Notes under the pieces: model-generated
What the model saw: the letters and a program-made list of their open reading frames with translations, nothing else
Databases searched by the model: none
Told to the model about the DNA's origin: nothing
In this document: in pieces, positions 16,478 through 26,840 of the stretch
Numbering within the stretch: position 1 is the stretch's first letter
How the letters are laid out: the number at the start of each line of letters is the position of its first letter
NCBI GenBank assembly: GCA_965218795.1
Contig: OZ244653.1
Coordinates: 4,128,001 to 4,192,000, forward strand
From: a bacterium
Lineage (GTDB): Bacteria > UBA8248 > JACPRG01 > G963555815
Direction: 5' to 3'
DNA length: 64,000 bases
Program-made: the position numbers and the translations under genes

Positions 16478-18517
16478 ATGGCAGAACCCACCTACGGCGA
16501 GCGCCTCGCGCAAGAGCTGTTCGGCTCTGAAGGGCGCTTGGCCCGCTCCCTCCCGGAGTATGAGCACCGGCCCTCGCAGGTGGAGATGGCTGCGGCGGTG
16601 GCCGACGTGCTGAAGGAGGGGGGGCGTCTCCTCGTCGAGGCGGGAACGGGAACCGGCAAGACGCTCGCCTGCCTGGGACCCGCGGTTCTGCTGGGCCAAC
16701 GGGTGATCATCTCCACGGGAACCCGGACCCTCCAGGACCAAATCCTTCACAAAGACCTTCCGATCCTCGAGACATGCCTGGGTCAGACATTTCGGGTGCG
16801 CATCCTGAAGGGCCGGAATAACTACCTCTGCCCCCGACGGTACCGGCAGTTTCTGCAAAACCCGACCTTCCGGGAACGGGAGGAGGCCCGGCTGTTCCAA
16901 AAGGTCCGCATTTGGTCGGAGAAAACGGTGACGGGAGACAGGGCCGAAGCACCGGGGGTGCCGGAGGATTTTGGGGTCTGGCGTGACATTTGCTGCGCCG
17001 TCGAGTCGTGCAGTCCCTCCCTGTGCTCGGAGTTCGGCGAGCCCTTCATCCAGCGCGCCCGGCAGGAAGCCGCGGCGTCCGACGTTGTCATTGTGAACCA
17101 CCACCTCTTTTTTTCCGACCTCAATCTCCGACTTCGCGGCGGAGAAAATTTCCCCGGCGGAATCCTTCCCTCGTACGCCGCCGTTATCTTCGATGAGGCC
17201 CACGCCCTCGAGGACACCGCCACGGATTATTTCGGGTTCACCGTCAGCCGCGCCCGTCTCGACGATTTGGCCCGGGATGCCCTGCGCGAATCCGCCGGTC
17301 ACGGGGACGAGATCGCCGACGCCCTGGCCCCGCTTGCCAGGTACTCGGATCGGTTTTTCTCCTCCCTGCCGGGCGTTGCTCCCCTCTTGGAGACAGCTGC
17401 GAGGCGGGGTGGGAGAGCCGGCGGCGGCGCAACTGCGAAGAGACCACCGCAAGGAGAGGAGGCGGCAGAGCGCCGCCGTCTCCGCGGCGAAGAGGTCTCC
17501 GCTGCGTTGTCGGATGCGTCGGAATCGCTGGTCGCCGGGCTGAGGACGCTGGGGCGCACGACGGAGCAAGCCGGCCCTGAGGGCTTGAAGGGCATCGCCC
17601 GCCGGGCGGCGGACATCGCTTCGGAGATCGAATTCATGATGCGGATGGAGGATTCGGCCTACATCAGCTGGATCCAGGTGAGGGGACGGGGGGTTTCGGT
17701 GTCTGCCTCCCCTGTCGATGTGAGCGGCATCCTGAGGGAAGAATTGTTCGACCGGGTCCGGGGGGTGGTGCTGACGTCGGCGACGCTGAGCTCCGGGAAC
17801 TCGTTCGATTATATTCGGGCCCGGCTCGGCCTGGACCGCGTCGCCGAGCTCAACCTCTCCTCGCCGTTCGACCATGCCCGACAGGCTGCTTTGTTTGTCC
17901 CCCGGATGTCCGTCAATCCGAACACCCGGGAATGGACGGATGCCATCTGCCCTCTCATCGAGTCGCTGCTGGAACTTTGCAAGGGCCGTGCGTTCGTCCT
18001 GTTCACGAGTTATCGAAACATGCGATCCGTCCACGCCCGGTTGGAGGACCGCATCCCGCACCGGGTCTTGATCCAGGGCGAAGCCTCACGTGCGCTGCTG
18101 CTCGACGAATTCCGCCGTGACCGCTCCTCCGTTCTGTTCGCCACGGCCAGCTTCTGGCAGGGGGTGGATGTGCAGGGGGACGCCCTGAGCTGCGTCATTA
18201 TCGACAAGCTGCCATTTTCCAGCCCGGGCGATCCGCTGGTGGAAGCCCGGTCCGAAGCCATCGCCGCCGAGGGGGAGGACGCTTTCCTGACGTACCAAGT
18301 GCCCCGGGCGGTCCTTACGCTGAAGCAAGGACTCGGCCGACTCATTCGAAGCCGGGAAGACCGGGGGATCCTCGCGGTTTTGGATTCCCGCCTCCACACC
18401 CGTCCCTATGGCCGCACCTTCCTGGAGGGCCTGCCGCCCTGGCCGGTGGTGGAGAGCCCGGAAGCGCTGGCTGAAGCCGCGCGTATGGTGTTCGGCATAG
18501 AGGGGCGGAAGGGCTGA
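16478..18517 (+). CDS. dinG: ATP-dependent DNA helicase, DinG/YoaA family
   Basis: EAGTGTGKT, KGRNNYLC, DEAH, SAT, LFTSY, FWQGVDV, KLPF, QGLGRLIR. Confidence 0.93.
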   Translation: MAEPTYGERLAQELFGSEGRLARSLPEYEHRPSQVEMAAAVADVLKEGGRLLVEAGTGTGKTLACLGPAVLLGQRVIISTGTRTLQDQILHKDLPILETCLGQTFRVRILKGRNNYLCPRRYRQFLQNPTFREREEARLFQKVRIWSEKTVTGDRAEAPGVPEDFGVWRDICCAVESCSPSLCSEFGEPFIQRARQEAAASDVVIVNHHLFFSDLNLRLRGGENFPGGILPSYAAVIFDEAHALEDTATDYFGFTVSRARLDDLARDALRESAGHGDEIADALAPLARYSDRFFSSLPGVAPLLETAARRGGRAGGGATAKRPPQGEEAAERRRLRGEEVSAALSDASESLVAGLRTLGRTTEQAGPEGLKGIARRAADIASEIEFMMRMEDSAYISWIQVRGRGVSVSASPVDVSGILREELFDRVRGVVLTSATLSSGNSFDYIRARLGLDRVAELNLSSPFDHARQAALFVPRMSVNPNTREWTDAICPLIESLLELCKGRAFVLFTSYRNMRSVHARLEDRIPHRVLIQGEASRALLLDEFRRDRSSVLFATASFWQGVDVQGDALSCVIIDKLPFSSPGDPLVEARSEAIAAEGEDAFLTYQVPRAVLTLKQGLGRLIRSREDRGILAVLDSRLHTRPYGRTFLEGLPPWPVVESPEALAEAARMVFGIEGRKG

Positions 18518-18519
18518 CC

Positions 18520-19410
18520 GTGGCGTTGCTCATGTTGTTCATTGACGGAGTCGGCATCGGAGATCCCGGGGAAGGAAATCCATTTTCGCGGGGGAGTTGG
18601 TCCGTCCTGAGTCCCTTGAGCGGAGATGGGGTCGAGGTCCCATATGGAGGCCGGATGGTCCCCCTCGACGCTACCCTCGGGGTTCCGGGGTTGCCTCAGA
18701 GCGCGACCGGGCAGACCTCGCTCCTGACCGGCGTCAACGCCCAAGCCCTGCTCGGCAAACACCTGAACGGCTTTCCGAACGCGAAGCTCCAGGAGGTCAT
18801 CGGAGGGCATGGGCCTCTCCGCCGCGCATCTTCCTTCGGCAAGACGGCCTTCGAGAACGCCTACGCGCCCCGATTCTTCATTCCCAGAGAGAGACTTCCC
18901 AAAAGAGAACGGCCTCGGCATTCCGTCACCACGGTGGCCGCACGCACGGCCGACATCCCGCTAAAGACGTTGGAGGATCTGCGGGCCGGCGGCGCGGTGT
19001 TCCATGATTTCACGAACCGGGTCTTGACCGAGCATGGGCATGAGGCGCCCATGCTGGAACCCTTCGAAGCCGGCGGACGACTGGCCCGAATCGCGGCGGA
19101 CCACCATCTCCTGCTGTACGAGCACTTCCTGACCGACATTGCCGGACATACCGCCGATGTCGAACAGGGGTTGGTACGCGTGAGTCTTCTGGATGGTTTC
19201 CTCACAGGCGTTCTGGAGACCATCGATCTGAAGAGCCAGACAGTCTTGATGACCAGCGACCACGGCAATCTGGAGGATTACGCGACGCGCTCGCATACCA
19301 GAAACCCCGTCCCGGCTTTCCTTTGGGGCTCGGGGGCGGGAACCCTGGCTCGCGGGCTTCAAACCATCGCGGACGTGACCCCCGCCGTCCTCAGATGGCT
19401 GGGTGGGTGA
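18520..19410 (+). CDS. Alkaline-phosphatase-superfamily metalloenzyme (phosphoglycerate mutase/phosphopentomutase-like)
   Basis: FIDGVG, PQSATGQT, TDIAGH, TSDHGN, HTRNPVP. Confidence 0.85.
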   Translation: MALLMLFIDGVGIGDPGEGNPFSRGSWSVLSPLSGDGVEVPYGGRMVPLDATLGVPGLPQSATGQTSLLTGVNAQALLGKHLNGFPNAKLQEVIGGHGPLRRASSFGKTAFENAYAPRFFIPRERLPKRERPRHSVTTVAARTADIPLKTLEDLRAGGAVFHDFTNRVLTEHGHEAPMLEPFEAGGRLARIAADHHLLLYEHFLTDIAGHTADVEQGLVRVSLLDGFLTGVLETIDLKSQTVLMTSDHGNLEDYATRSHTRNPVPAFLWGSGAGTLARGLQTIADVTPAVLRWLGG

Positions 19411-19663
19411 CCGGACCAGACCGTGTCCGACTGGATATGTTTCCGGACGAGTCTTTTCCAGAAAAGCATTTTCTCGTCATTTCCCTCCGCTCAAGGGCAA
19501 TCCCATCATGGGAGCATTAACTAAAACTAATGAACTTTATTGGACTTTCGGTTTCAGGATGTTGTAGATTTTCATAATTAGTGAGTATTTTATCTTATCC
19601 TTGATCTTGTATGCAGCAGGGGTGTCTGAACCCCGTCCGGCAGGTCTGAGTGCGGTGAGGCGC

Positions 19664-20953
19664 ATGAGTGACAAGGAAAATCAGTTGACCGAACAGCCCG
19701 GCCAATTGAAGTTGGAAAAGCATGGGGAACCATCCCTGGAGTTCGTAGAAAACGCGGGGGAGGAATTTCCCTCCAGCGTTGATTCAGAAAAAATTCCTTC
19801 CGCCCTGACGGCAGGCGAATCGGCCGAAAAAAGTCCCGGACAGGCACATGATTCGGTCGTTGTGGCTGAAACCGGAAAGATGCCTCCCGCTGAGGATCTT
19901 CCGCAGACGGAGCCGGCCGCCACTTCGGCTGGACCTACCTTCCAGGGATCTCCCGACTCAGATTCCATGAGTCTGGGCGAATACCTTCGGCATCACCGGG
20001 AGGCCGCCGGCCGATCCTTCGAGCAACTCTCGGCCACGACCCGGATTTCGGTACGCGTCATCCAGGCCGTTGAAGAGGAGCGGTTTGAAGAGACCCCCTC
20101 GGCCCCTGTGGTTCGGGGGTTTTTGAAGCTCCTGGCCGAAGAGATCGGGGTTCGTCCGGCGGACTTGTTGTCCAGGTTCGACGTGGCGGGTGTGAAGGAG
20201 GAGGAGGTTCAGGTATTCCCGGATTGGTGCAATCAGCTCAAGTCGCCGCGTAGTCGTTTCGGGGGTTGGGCGCCGGCCGCCGCCTTCATCCTGTTGGTTC
20301 TTGGCATCAGCTATTTCTACATTACGGACAGTTGGAGCCCGGGACCGAATAAGACCGTCCAGTCGCCTGAAGAGGACAAGGCAAAAAAGGCGTCCGACCC
20401 GGTTGTCCCCGAAACCCTTGGGGTCGAGGTCGCCATGAAGACCGAACCCGGAAGTCCGGCGTCGCCTCCATCGAGTGAGAGGCCGGCCGAAACAGAACGG
20501 GTTAAGAATCAGGATGGAGGGGTGATTGACCGGGCTTCTGCCGAAACGCAGCGGTCCATTGACGCTCCGGTTTCTCCGGAAACGAAACTTCCCGGGCAGC
20601 CCGAGAAGGCCGAGGTTTCCGGGATGAACGGCGCGAATTTCAGGGAAACGGCAGAGGATTCCAAGGTCAGGATGTCTCTCAATCGGGGGACGACGGCCTC
20701 CTCTCCGCTGATGCTCAACATCACGGCGAAAGAAGACACCTGGCTGCGCGTCATCGTGGACGGCAAGCAGCGTGACGAAATCTTTCTACTGGAGGGCGAG
20801 AGCCGGAAATGGCAAGGCGACAAGATCTTTGTGTTGACGATCGGGAACGCCGCCAGTACGCGCGTTGAACTCAACGGCTCATCCATTAAGCTTCCCCAAA
20901 CGGAAAGCAACTTCGTCCATGATTTTCTGATCAGCAAAAACAATCTTCCCTGA
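19664..20953 (+). CDS. rodZ: RodZ-like protein (HTH, TM, DUF4115) with acidic N-terminal extension
   Basis: SLGEYLRHHRE...TRIS...AVEE, VRGFLK, single TM helix, C-terminal TWLRVIVDG...IGNA...LNG; start uncertain. Confidence 0.8.
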   Translation: MSDKENQLTEQPGQLKLEKHGEPSLEFVENAGEEFPSSVDSEKIPSALTAGESAEKSPGQAHDSVVVAETGKMPPAEDLPQTEPAATSAGPTFQGSPDSDSMSLGEYLRHHREAAGRSFEQLSATTRISVRVIQAVEEERFEETPSAPVVRGFLKLLAEEIGVRPADLLSRFDVAGVKEEEVQVFPDWCNQLKSPRSRFGGWAPAAAFILLVLGISYFYITDSWSPGPNKTVQSPEEDKAKKASDPVVPETLGVEVAMKTEPGSPASPPSSERPAETERVKNQDGGVIDRASAETQRSIDAPVSPETKLPGQPEKAEVSGMNGANFRETAEDSKVRMSLNRGTTASSPLMLNITAKEDTWLRVIVDGKQRDEIFLLEGESRKWQGDKIFVLTIGNAASTRVELNGSSIKLPQTESNFVHDFLISKNNLP

Positions 20954-20962
20954 AATTCATCC

Positions 20963-21844
20963 ATGCCACCCTTGGAAAAAACCTTGGGGGTCTTGGGTTT
21001 CCCTCTGGGTCATTCGCTCTCGCCGTTGATGGTGAATACGGCGCTTGAGGAATTGAGGCTGCCCTATCGGCTTCAGGCTTTCGAGGTTTGTCCCGATGGC
21101 CTGGAAGACGCGGTGCGCGGAATCCGTGCCCTGGGAATCCACGGCGTCGCCCTGACTATCCCCCATAAAGAAGCGGTCATCCCTTTTCTGGACGAGTTGA
21201 GTCCCGACGCTCGCCGATTCGGAGCCGTCAATCTGATTGAGCGGCGTGGCGATCGGCTGATCGGCCATAACACCGATGGGGCGGGTTTTGTCCGGTCCCT
21301 TCGGGAGGAGGGCGGTATCGAACCGGCGGGCGGTGATTTTCTCATTCTGGGAGCAGGTGGCGCCGCCCGGGGCATTGCTTCCGAACTCGCGGCCAGAGGG
21401 GCTTCGCGGCTGGTCATCGCCAACCGGACGCTGAGCCGCGCCGTAACCCTGGCAAAGTCGATTCGGAAAATCTCTCAATCCGTCCAGGTCGATGCCGTCC
21501 CTCTCGATAGCGAAGAAGTCGAAACGGCGGCGCCGGCTCTGGATGCCGTGATTCAATGTACCTCGGTGGGGCTGGGCGACCATGACGGCGAAGGGGCAAA
21601 TCTTCCGCTCCGGCCTGATTGCCTCCGGCCCGAGCAGGTTGTGATAGACATTGTGTATCGGCCCTTGGATACGCCCTTCATCAAAGCTGCGCGCGCCCGC
21701 GGGGCGAAAGTTGTCGGCGGACTCGGGATGCTCGTGTTTCAGGGGGCTGAGAACTTCAGGATATGGACCGGTGCGGAGATGCCGATTGAAAAGGTCCGGC
21801 GGGTGATGGAAGCGGCGTTGGTCGAAGAAAGAGGGGGCGGATGA
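20963..21844 (+). CDS. aroE: Shikimate dehydrogenase
   Basis: GHSLSP, TIPHK, GAVN, HNTDGAGF, GAGGAARG, DIVYRP, GLGMLVFQGA. Confidence 0.95.
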   Translation: MPPLEKTLGVLGFPLGHSLSPLMVNTALEELRLPYRLQAFEVCPDGLEDAVRGIRALGIHGVALTIPHKEAVIPFLDELSPDARRFGAVNLIERRGDRLIGHNTDGAGFVRSLREEGGIEPAGGDFLILGAGGAARGIASELAARGASRLVIANRTLSRAVTLAKSIRKISQSVQVDAVPLDSEEVETAAPALDAVIQCTSVGLGDHDGEGANLPLRPDCLRPEQVVIDIVYRPLDTPFIKAARARGAKVVGGLGMLVFQGAENFRIWTGAEMPIEKVRRVMEAALVEERGGG

Positions 21845-24800
21845 TGGAGCCATCCCCGATCGGTTCTTTGGAGTCTGCGAGGACCGTATCCTGGACGCGC
21901 CTTGATCCGGAGGCGGCACGAATCCGAATCAGCGGTACGACCGAGGCGGCAAGGGCCTTTGTTCTCGCCTCCATGGCGCAAGAACGGAGCCGCATGGGCT
22001 TAGGGGGGCCGATCGTGATCGTGGCCCCCACCGAAGACGGCGCGCGGCGTCTCTATCAGGATCTCCGGTTTTTCGCGGATCCAATCGTGTTCCGCGTCCT
22101 TTACTTTCCGTCCTGGAATCTGTGGCCCCTCGAGCCGCTTTCGCCCGATCCACGGACCGTGGGAGACAGGCTTTCCTGCCTTACGGCCTGGTCCCGAGGG
22201 GAGGATTGTCTGACCGTCACGACCGTCGACGCTCTCTGCCGGAAGACGATTCCCTCCGGGGAGATCCTCCGTAGTGTTCTCCATCTCTCTCCCGGCGATC
22301 ATCTGGATCGGGACGAGTTGCTGGATGACTTGATCCGGGCCGGTTACCAACGAAGCACAGTGGTGGAAGATGAAGGAGAGTACGCCGTTCGCGGGGCTCT
22401 GTTGGATGCATTTCCGCCCCAGATGGAAAACCCCGTTCGTATCGAGTTTGACGAAGAAGGCGTCTCTTCCCTCCGCGGTTTCCAGGTGGGGGATCAATGT
22501 TCGGTGGGCCGAATGGAATCGGTGGAGATCCTTCCCGCCCGAGAGGTGATCCTGAGCCGCGAGGACTCGATGGGTTTTGCCGCCCGGCTGCGGGACTGGG
22601 CAGCCACCCGCGAATCAGGTGAACGGGGTCGGCTTGAGCTGTTGGCCGATCGACTCGAAGAGGAGGGTCATTACCCGGGGTTTGAGATGTTTCTGCCGAT
22701 GTTTCGCCCGGACCTGGTCGCCGGAGTGGATCTGCTTCCGCCCGAGGTCATGGTTGCGGTTGACGAGCCCGACCAGCTTGCCGAGGCCGATGCAGCCCGC
22801 TGGGACAGCCTTCAGGAATGGGCCGATGCGGGCGCCGTGGACGCCTTGCCCTTCGCTCTGGAGGATTTCTCTCTGCCCCCGGGAGAGGTCTTCGGAAAAC
22901 TCGTGGGCCGAGCAGTTCCGGGGAGCCCCCTGGTCGAGCTGTCTTCGCTCGGCATGGCAGGTCCGGAGCAGGACGGTGACGTTGCCCACATTCGCCTGTC
23001 CGCCGGATACCCGGGTTCCTTCCAGGGGCAGGTGCCCGCATTCGTGCGTCAGCTGAGAAATTGGCTGGACAAGGGAATGAAGGCCGCCGTGGTCGCAGTT
23101 CATCGGACCCAGGCCCTGCGGCTGGAGCAGCTCCTTCAGGAGTTCGAATTGGGCGCGCCCATCCTGGAGGGCGGCGAGGGCGCCCGCTGGTTTTCATCGG
23201 AACCGGATGAATCGAAGCTCGCCATTCTCGTCGGAAGACTTTCCGAAGGATTCTCCAGCGAAGACCTGGGTCGGGTGGCCATCCGCGAAGAGGAGGTTTT
23301 TTACGCGCCCGTCCGGCGGCGCGCTGCGCCCACCCGCCGAAGGCGGGCGTTCGAAGCCTCCTTTCGTAACCTGGAGTCGGGCGACTACGTCGTCCACCGG
23401 GATTACGGCATCGGTGTGTATTTGGGAGTGGAACGAATCGGTCTGGCGACGGAAGAGCGCGAATTCCTGGCCGTGGAGTATCTCGGCGGAGACAAGCTTT
23501 TTGTGCCGATGGAAAACCTCAACCTCGTTCAGAAGTACATGGGGTCCGGTCAAGGCTCGCCGAAGATCGACAAGCTGGGCGGCACGGGGTGGACCCGGAC
23601 CAAGAAGAAGACCCAGGCCGCAATCCTCGAGATGGCCGGAAAGTTGATGAAGGTGGCCGCCAAGCGCCAGGTTTCACAAGGGTTCGCCTTCTCGGCGGAT
23701 GACCATTGGAACCGCGAATTCGCTGACGCTTTCCCGTATGAAGAGACGCCCGACCAGTTGCAGGTTATCCAGGAGGTGACCGCGGACATGGAGAAGGCCC
23801 GTCCCATGGATCGCCTGGTGTGCGGAGACGTCGGGTACGGGAAGACGGAGGTCGCCTTGCGGGCGGCCTTCAAGTCTGTGATTGACAAAAAGCAGGTCGG
23901 CGTGGTCGCCCCGACGACCGTGTTGGCCGAGCAGCATCTCCTGACATTCCAGGAGCGTTTCTCCGACTATCCAGTGACCATCGAGTGTCTTACCCGGTTC
24001 CGAAAAAAGAGCGAGCAGAAGGAGATCATCGAGCGGCTGGGCGGAGGAGAAGTCGATATCCTCATCGGCACCCACCGCATTCTTCAATCGGATGTCAAGT
24101 TCCGGGATCTCGGACTCGTGGTCGTGGACGAAGAGCAGCGTTTCGGCGTGGCGCACAAAGAGCGCCTGAAGTCCCTTCGGTCCGCGATCGACATCCTCAC
24201 GCTGACGGCGACGCCCATCCCGCGAACGCTCCACATGGGTCTGCTGGGCCTGCGGGACCTCAGTGTGATCGGTACGCCTCCGCCCGACCGGCTGGCCGTT
24301 CGGACCTATGTGTGCCAGTTCGAAGACCGGATCATCCGAGAGGCGTTGACCCGCGAGATGGAAAGGGGCGGACAGGCCTTCTTCGTGCACCCCCGGGTGG
24401 AAACCATCGAAGCCACGGCCCGCTACCTGCACCGCCTTGTCCCGGGGTTGCGCTTGGCCATCGCGCATGGCCAGATGAGCGAGAAGCAGCTCCATAACGC
24501 CATGGTGGGTTTTCTGACGAAAAAATTGGATGTCCTTCTGTGTACGACCATCATTGAAAACGGGCTTGATATCCCCAACGCGAACACCATCCTGGTGAAC
24601 CGGGCCGAGATGTTCGGGCTTGCGCAGCTCTATCAGCTCCGCGGACGCGTGGGCCGGGCGGACCGGCAGGCGTACGCCTACTTTCTCGTGCAGGCCGGCC
24701 GAAGCCTGACGCAGACCGCGCGACGCCGACTCAAGGCTCTCGAAGACCTGAGCGATCTGGGATCGGGGTTCCGCCTCGCGGCCCAGGATATGGAAATCCG

Positions 24801-25386
24801 CGGGGCCGGGAATATCGTCGGCTCTGAGCAGTCCGGACAAATCGCCGCCGTGGGCTTCGACTTCTATTGCCGGATGCTGGAGATGGCGGTCGAAGAACTG
24901 AAGGGGGAAAGCGCCGTCGAGCGCAGGGAACCGGAGCTGTCTTTGGGGATCCGGGCCGTTTTGCCGGAAGATTATGTGTCCGGCCAGAACCAGCGGCTTG
25001 AGCTCTATCGTGAGATCGCCGACACCCGGACGGCGGGTGAGCTGGATGAGCTCGAAAGGGCCCTCGCCGACCGATATGGAAGCCTTCCGCCCGGTGCGAA
25101 GTCCCTCTTCTCCGTGGCGCGCATCCGAATCCTGGCAACCCGGGCCGGCGTAGAGAAGATCTCGGTTTCCGACGGTTGCGCCACCTTCCATCCGGAGGAT
25201 CGGCCGTACCATTTAACGCCGGAATTTTTGGCCATTCCCGGGCTCAAATTCTTGACCTCGACCACCTTCCAAGTGCCGATGCCCTCCGGCGAGCCGGACC
25301 GCTTCGAATGTCTGAGGAAGGTATTGATCGCGCTGGAGGACTGCGCTACGATCCCCGAGAACTCTGGAGACCCGAAAGACCCGTGA
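21841..25386 (+). CDS. mfd: Transcription-repair coupling factor
   Basis: GDYVVH..YGIG, FPYEETPDQ, DRLVCGDVGYGKTEVA, DEEQRFGV, TATPIPRTL, QLRGRVGR, DMEIRGAGN. Confidence 0.97.
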   Translation: MMEPSPIGSLESARTVSWTRLDPEAARIRISGTTEAARAFVLASMAQERSRMGLGGPIVIVAPTEDGARRLYQDLRFFADPIVFRVLYFPSWNLWPLEPLSPDPRTVGDRLSCLTAWSRGEDCLTVTTVDALCRKTIPSGEILRSVLHLSPGDHLDRDELLDDLIRAGYQRSTVVEDEGEYAVRGALLDAFPPQMENPVRIEFDEEGVSSLRGFQVGDQCSVGRMESVEILPAREVILSREDSMGFAARLRDWAATRESGERGRLELLADRLEEEGHYPGFEMFLPMFRPDLVAGVDLLPPEVMVAVDEPDQLAEADAARWDSLQEWADAGAVDALPFALEDFSLPPGEVFGKLVGRAVPGSPLVELSSLGMAGPEQDGDVAHIRLSAGYPGSFQGQVPAFVRQLRNWLDKGMKAAVVAVHRTQALRLEQLLQEFELGAPILEGGEGARWFSSEPDESKLAILVGRLSEGFSSEDLGRVAIREEEVFYAPVRRRAAPTRRRRAFEASFRNLESGDYVVHRDYGIGVYLGVERIGLATEEREFLAVEYLGGDKLFVPMENLNLVQKYMGSGQGSPKIDKLGGTGWTRTKKKTQAAILEMAGKLMKVAAKRQVSQGFAFSADDHWNREFADAFPYEETPDQLQVIQEVTADMEKARPMDRLVCGDVGYGKTEVALRAAFKSVIDKKQVGVVAPTTVLAEQHLLTFQERFSDYPVTIECLTRFRKKSEQKEIIERLGGGEVDILIGTHRILQSDVKFRDLGLVVVDEEQRFGVAHKERLKSLRSAIDILTLTATPIPRTLHMGLLGLRDLSVIGTPPPDRLAVRTYVCQFEDRIIREALTREMERGGQAFFVHPRVETIEATARYLHRLVPGLRLAIAHGQMSEKQLHNAMVGFLTKKLDVLLCTTIIENGLDIPNANTILVNRAEMFGLAQLYQLRGRVGRADRQAYAYFLVQAGRSLTQTARRRLKALEDLSDLGSGFRLAAQDMEIRGAGNIVGSEQSGQIAAVGFDFYCRMLEMAVEELKGESAVERREPELSLGIRAVLPEDYVSGQNQRLELYREIADTRTAGELDELERALADRYGSLPPGAKSLFSVARIRILATRAGVEKISVSDGCATFHPEDRPYHLTPEFLAIPGLKFLTSTTFQVPMPSGEPDRFECLRKVLIALEDCATIPENSGDPKDP

Positions 25387-25508
25387 ACCCTTCAGATATT
25401 TCCGCAGAAACGGTTGTTTCACAATCGAGTCATCGCAAATACCCAAGAGGACGTTCTCATCCGAACGAGAACCCTTTCCATTGCGTGGCGGGGTGTACCT
25501 TGAAAGCG

Positions 25509-26483
25509 ATGGTTTTGAAAACGTTGGTCGTATTCGCGGCGCTCATCGCATGGGCCGCCACCGGAGGGCATATCGCCCACGCGACGGTCATCGATCGAAT
25601 TATTGCCGTGGTGAATCAGGACATTATTACGCTGAGCGAAGTCCAGGAGGCAGGAAGGCAGGAGTTCACCCGGCTCCAGTCCCAATATACGGGGAATCGG
25701 TTGAAACAGGAAATAGAGCAGGTACAGCGGAAATATCTGGACTTGATCATCGCGCGCCGCCTTCAGGTCAACCGGGCGAAGGAGATGGACCTGGCCGTGA
25801 GCGATTTGGAGACCGAGCGGGCTCTGGATGATGTGAAAGAGCGCAACGGCCTGTCCGACGACGAGTTGGAGCGCCTCCTGAAGCAGGAGGGCATCTCAAT
25901 GGAGGAGTACCGCGAGCGAATCAACGAAGAGATTCTGCTCCGGAAGGTGAGGAATATCGAAGTCCGCTCGCGCATCAGCGTGACGCCCCGCGAGATTCGG
26001 GACTTTTATGAAAAAAATATTTCCGAGTTCCTGCCGCCCGAACAATTACGCGCCAGTCACATTCTTTTCCTCACCCCGGTCGATGCGAACGACGACGTCG
26101 AGCGAACCAAGCGGTCCACGGCCGAGAGGGTCCTGGAAAAAATCCGGAAGGGCGCGAATTTCGCCGACATGGCCCGACAGTTCTCACAAGACCCCTCAGC
26201 ATCGAGGGACGGCGATTTGGGGGTGGTCAAGCGGGGGGAGGTTCTCCCGAACTTCGAACGGGTTCTGTTCGCGATGAAGGATGGAGAGGTGTCGGATGTC
26301 GTCCGAACCCGGGCCGGGTTTCACATCATCCAGCTGGTCAAACGGATGCCTCGAACCCCCAAACCCTTCTCGGAGGCGGAGGTGCAAATCCGGGACCGAC
26401 TGTTCCAGGAAAAGGCCAACACCCGATTTCGGCGCTGGATGGAAGATCTGAAAAAGAAGGCCTACATCGAGGTCACCATGTGA
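25509..26483 (+). CDS. surA: SurA-like periplasmic chaperone/PpiC-type peptidyl-prolyl isomerase
   Basis: Signal peptide, IDRIIAVVNQDIITLSE, ASHIL, FSQDPSA..GDLG, GFHIIQ; start trimmed. Confidence 0.88.
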   Translation: MVLKTLVVFAALIAWAATGGHIAHATVIDRIIAVVNQDIITLSEVQEAGRQEFTRLQSQYTGNRLKQEIEQVQRKYLDLIIARRLQVNRAKEMDLAVSDLETERALDDVKERNGLSDDELERLLKQEGISMEEYRERINEEILLRKVRNIEVRSRISVTPREIRDFYEKNISEFLPPEQLRASHILFLTPVDANDDVERTKRSTAERVLEKIRKGANFADMARQFSQDPSASRDGDLGVVKRGEVLPNFERVLFAMKDGEVSDVVRTRAGFHIIQLVKRMPRTPKPFSEAEVQIRDRLFQEKANTRFRRWMEDLKKKAYIEVTM

Positions 26484-26785
26484 TGCCCTCCGGGCGTGAG
26501 GACCCGAAACCGGGTATTCGCCTCGATGCTTTCCTGAAGAACGCCGGAATCCTCAAGCGGCGATCCATGGCCCGGACCTATTGTGAATCCGGGGCCGTAT
26601 CGGTCAACGGCCGGAGCGCAAGATCGGGAAAGCAGGTGCACGCCGGCGACCGTGTTCGACTCGACACCTGGAACCGCCGCCTCGAACTTCTCGTCCGGTT
26701 CATCCCCCGGAAGGGGGGCAAGCAGAATCAAGAGTGCTGTCAAATTCTGCAGGATGAGAGAAAGCCGCAAGAGGAACCTCGCTGA
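26480..26785 (+). CDS. S4-domain RNA-binding protein (Hsp15/YabO-like)
   Basis: RLDAFLKNAGILKRRSMA...GAVSVNG...GDRV. Confidence 0.85.
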   Translation: MMPSGREDPKPGIRLDAFLKNAGILKRRSMARTYCESGAVSVNGRSARSGKQVHAGDRVRLDTWNRRLELLVRFIPRKGGKQNQECCQILQDERKPQEEPR

Positions 26786-26840
26786 GTGAGCGAATTCCGT
26801 CCGTCCCGAATCTCACGCATCCGCCGGGCGATGATTTTCA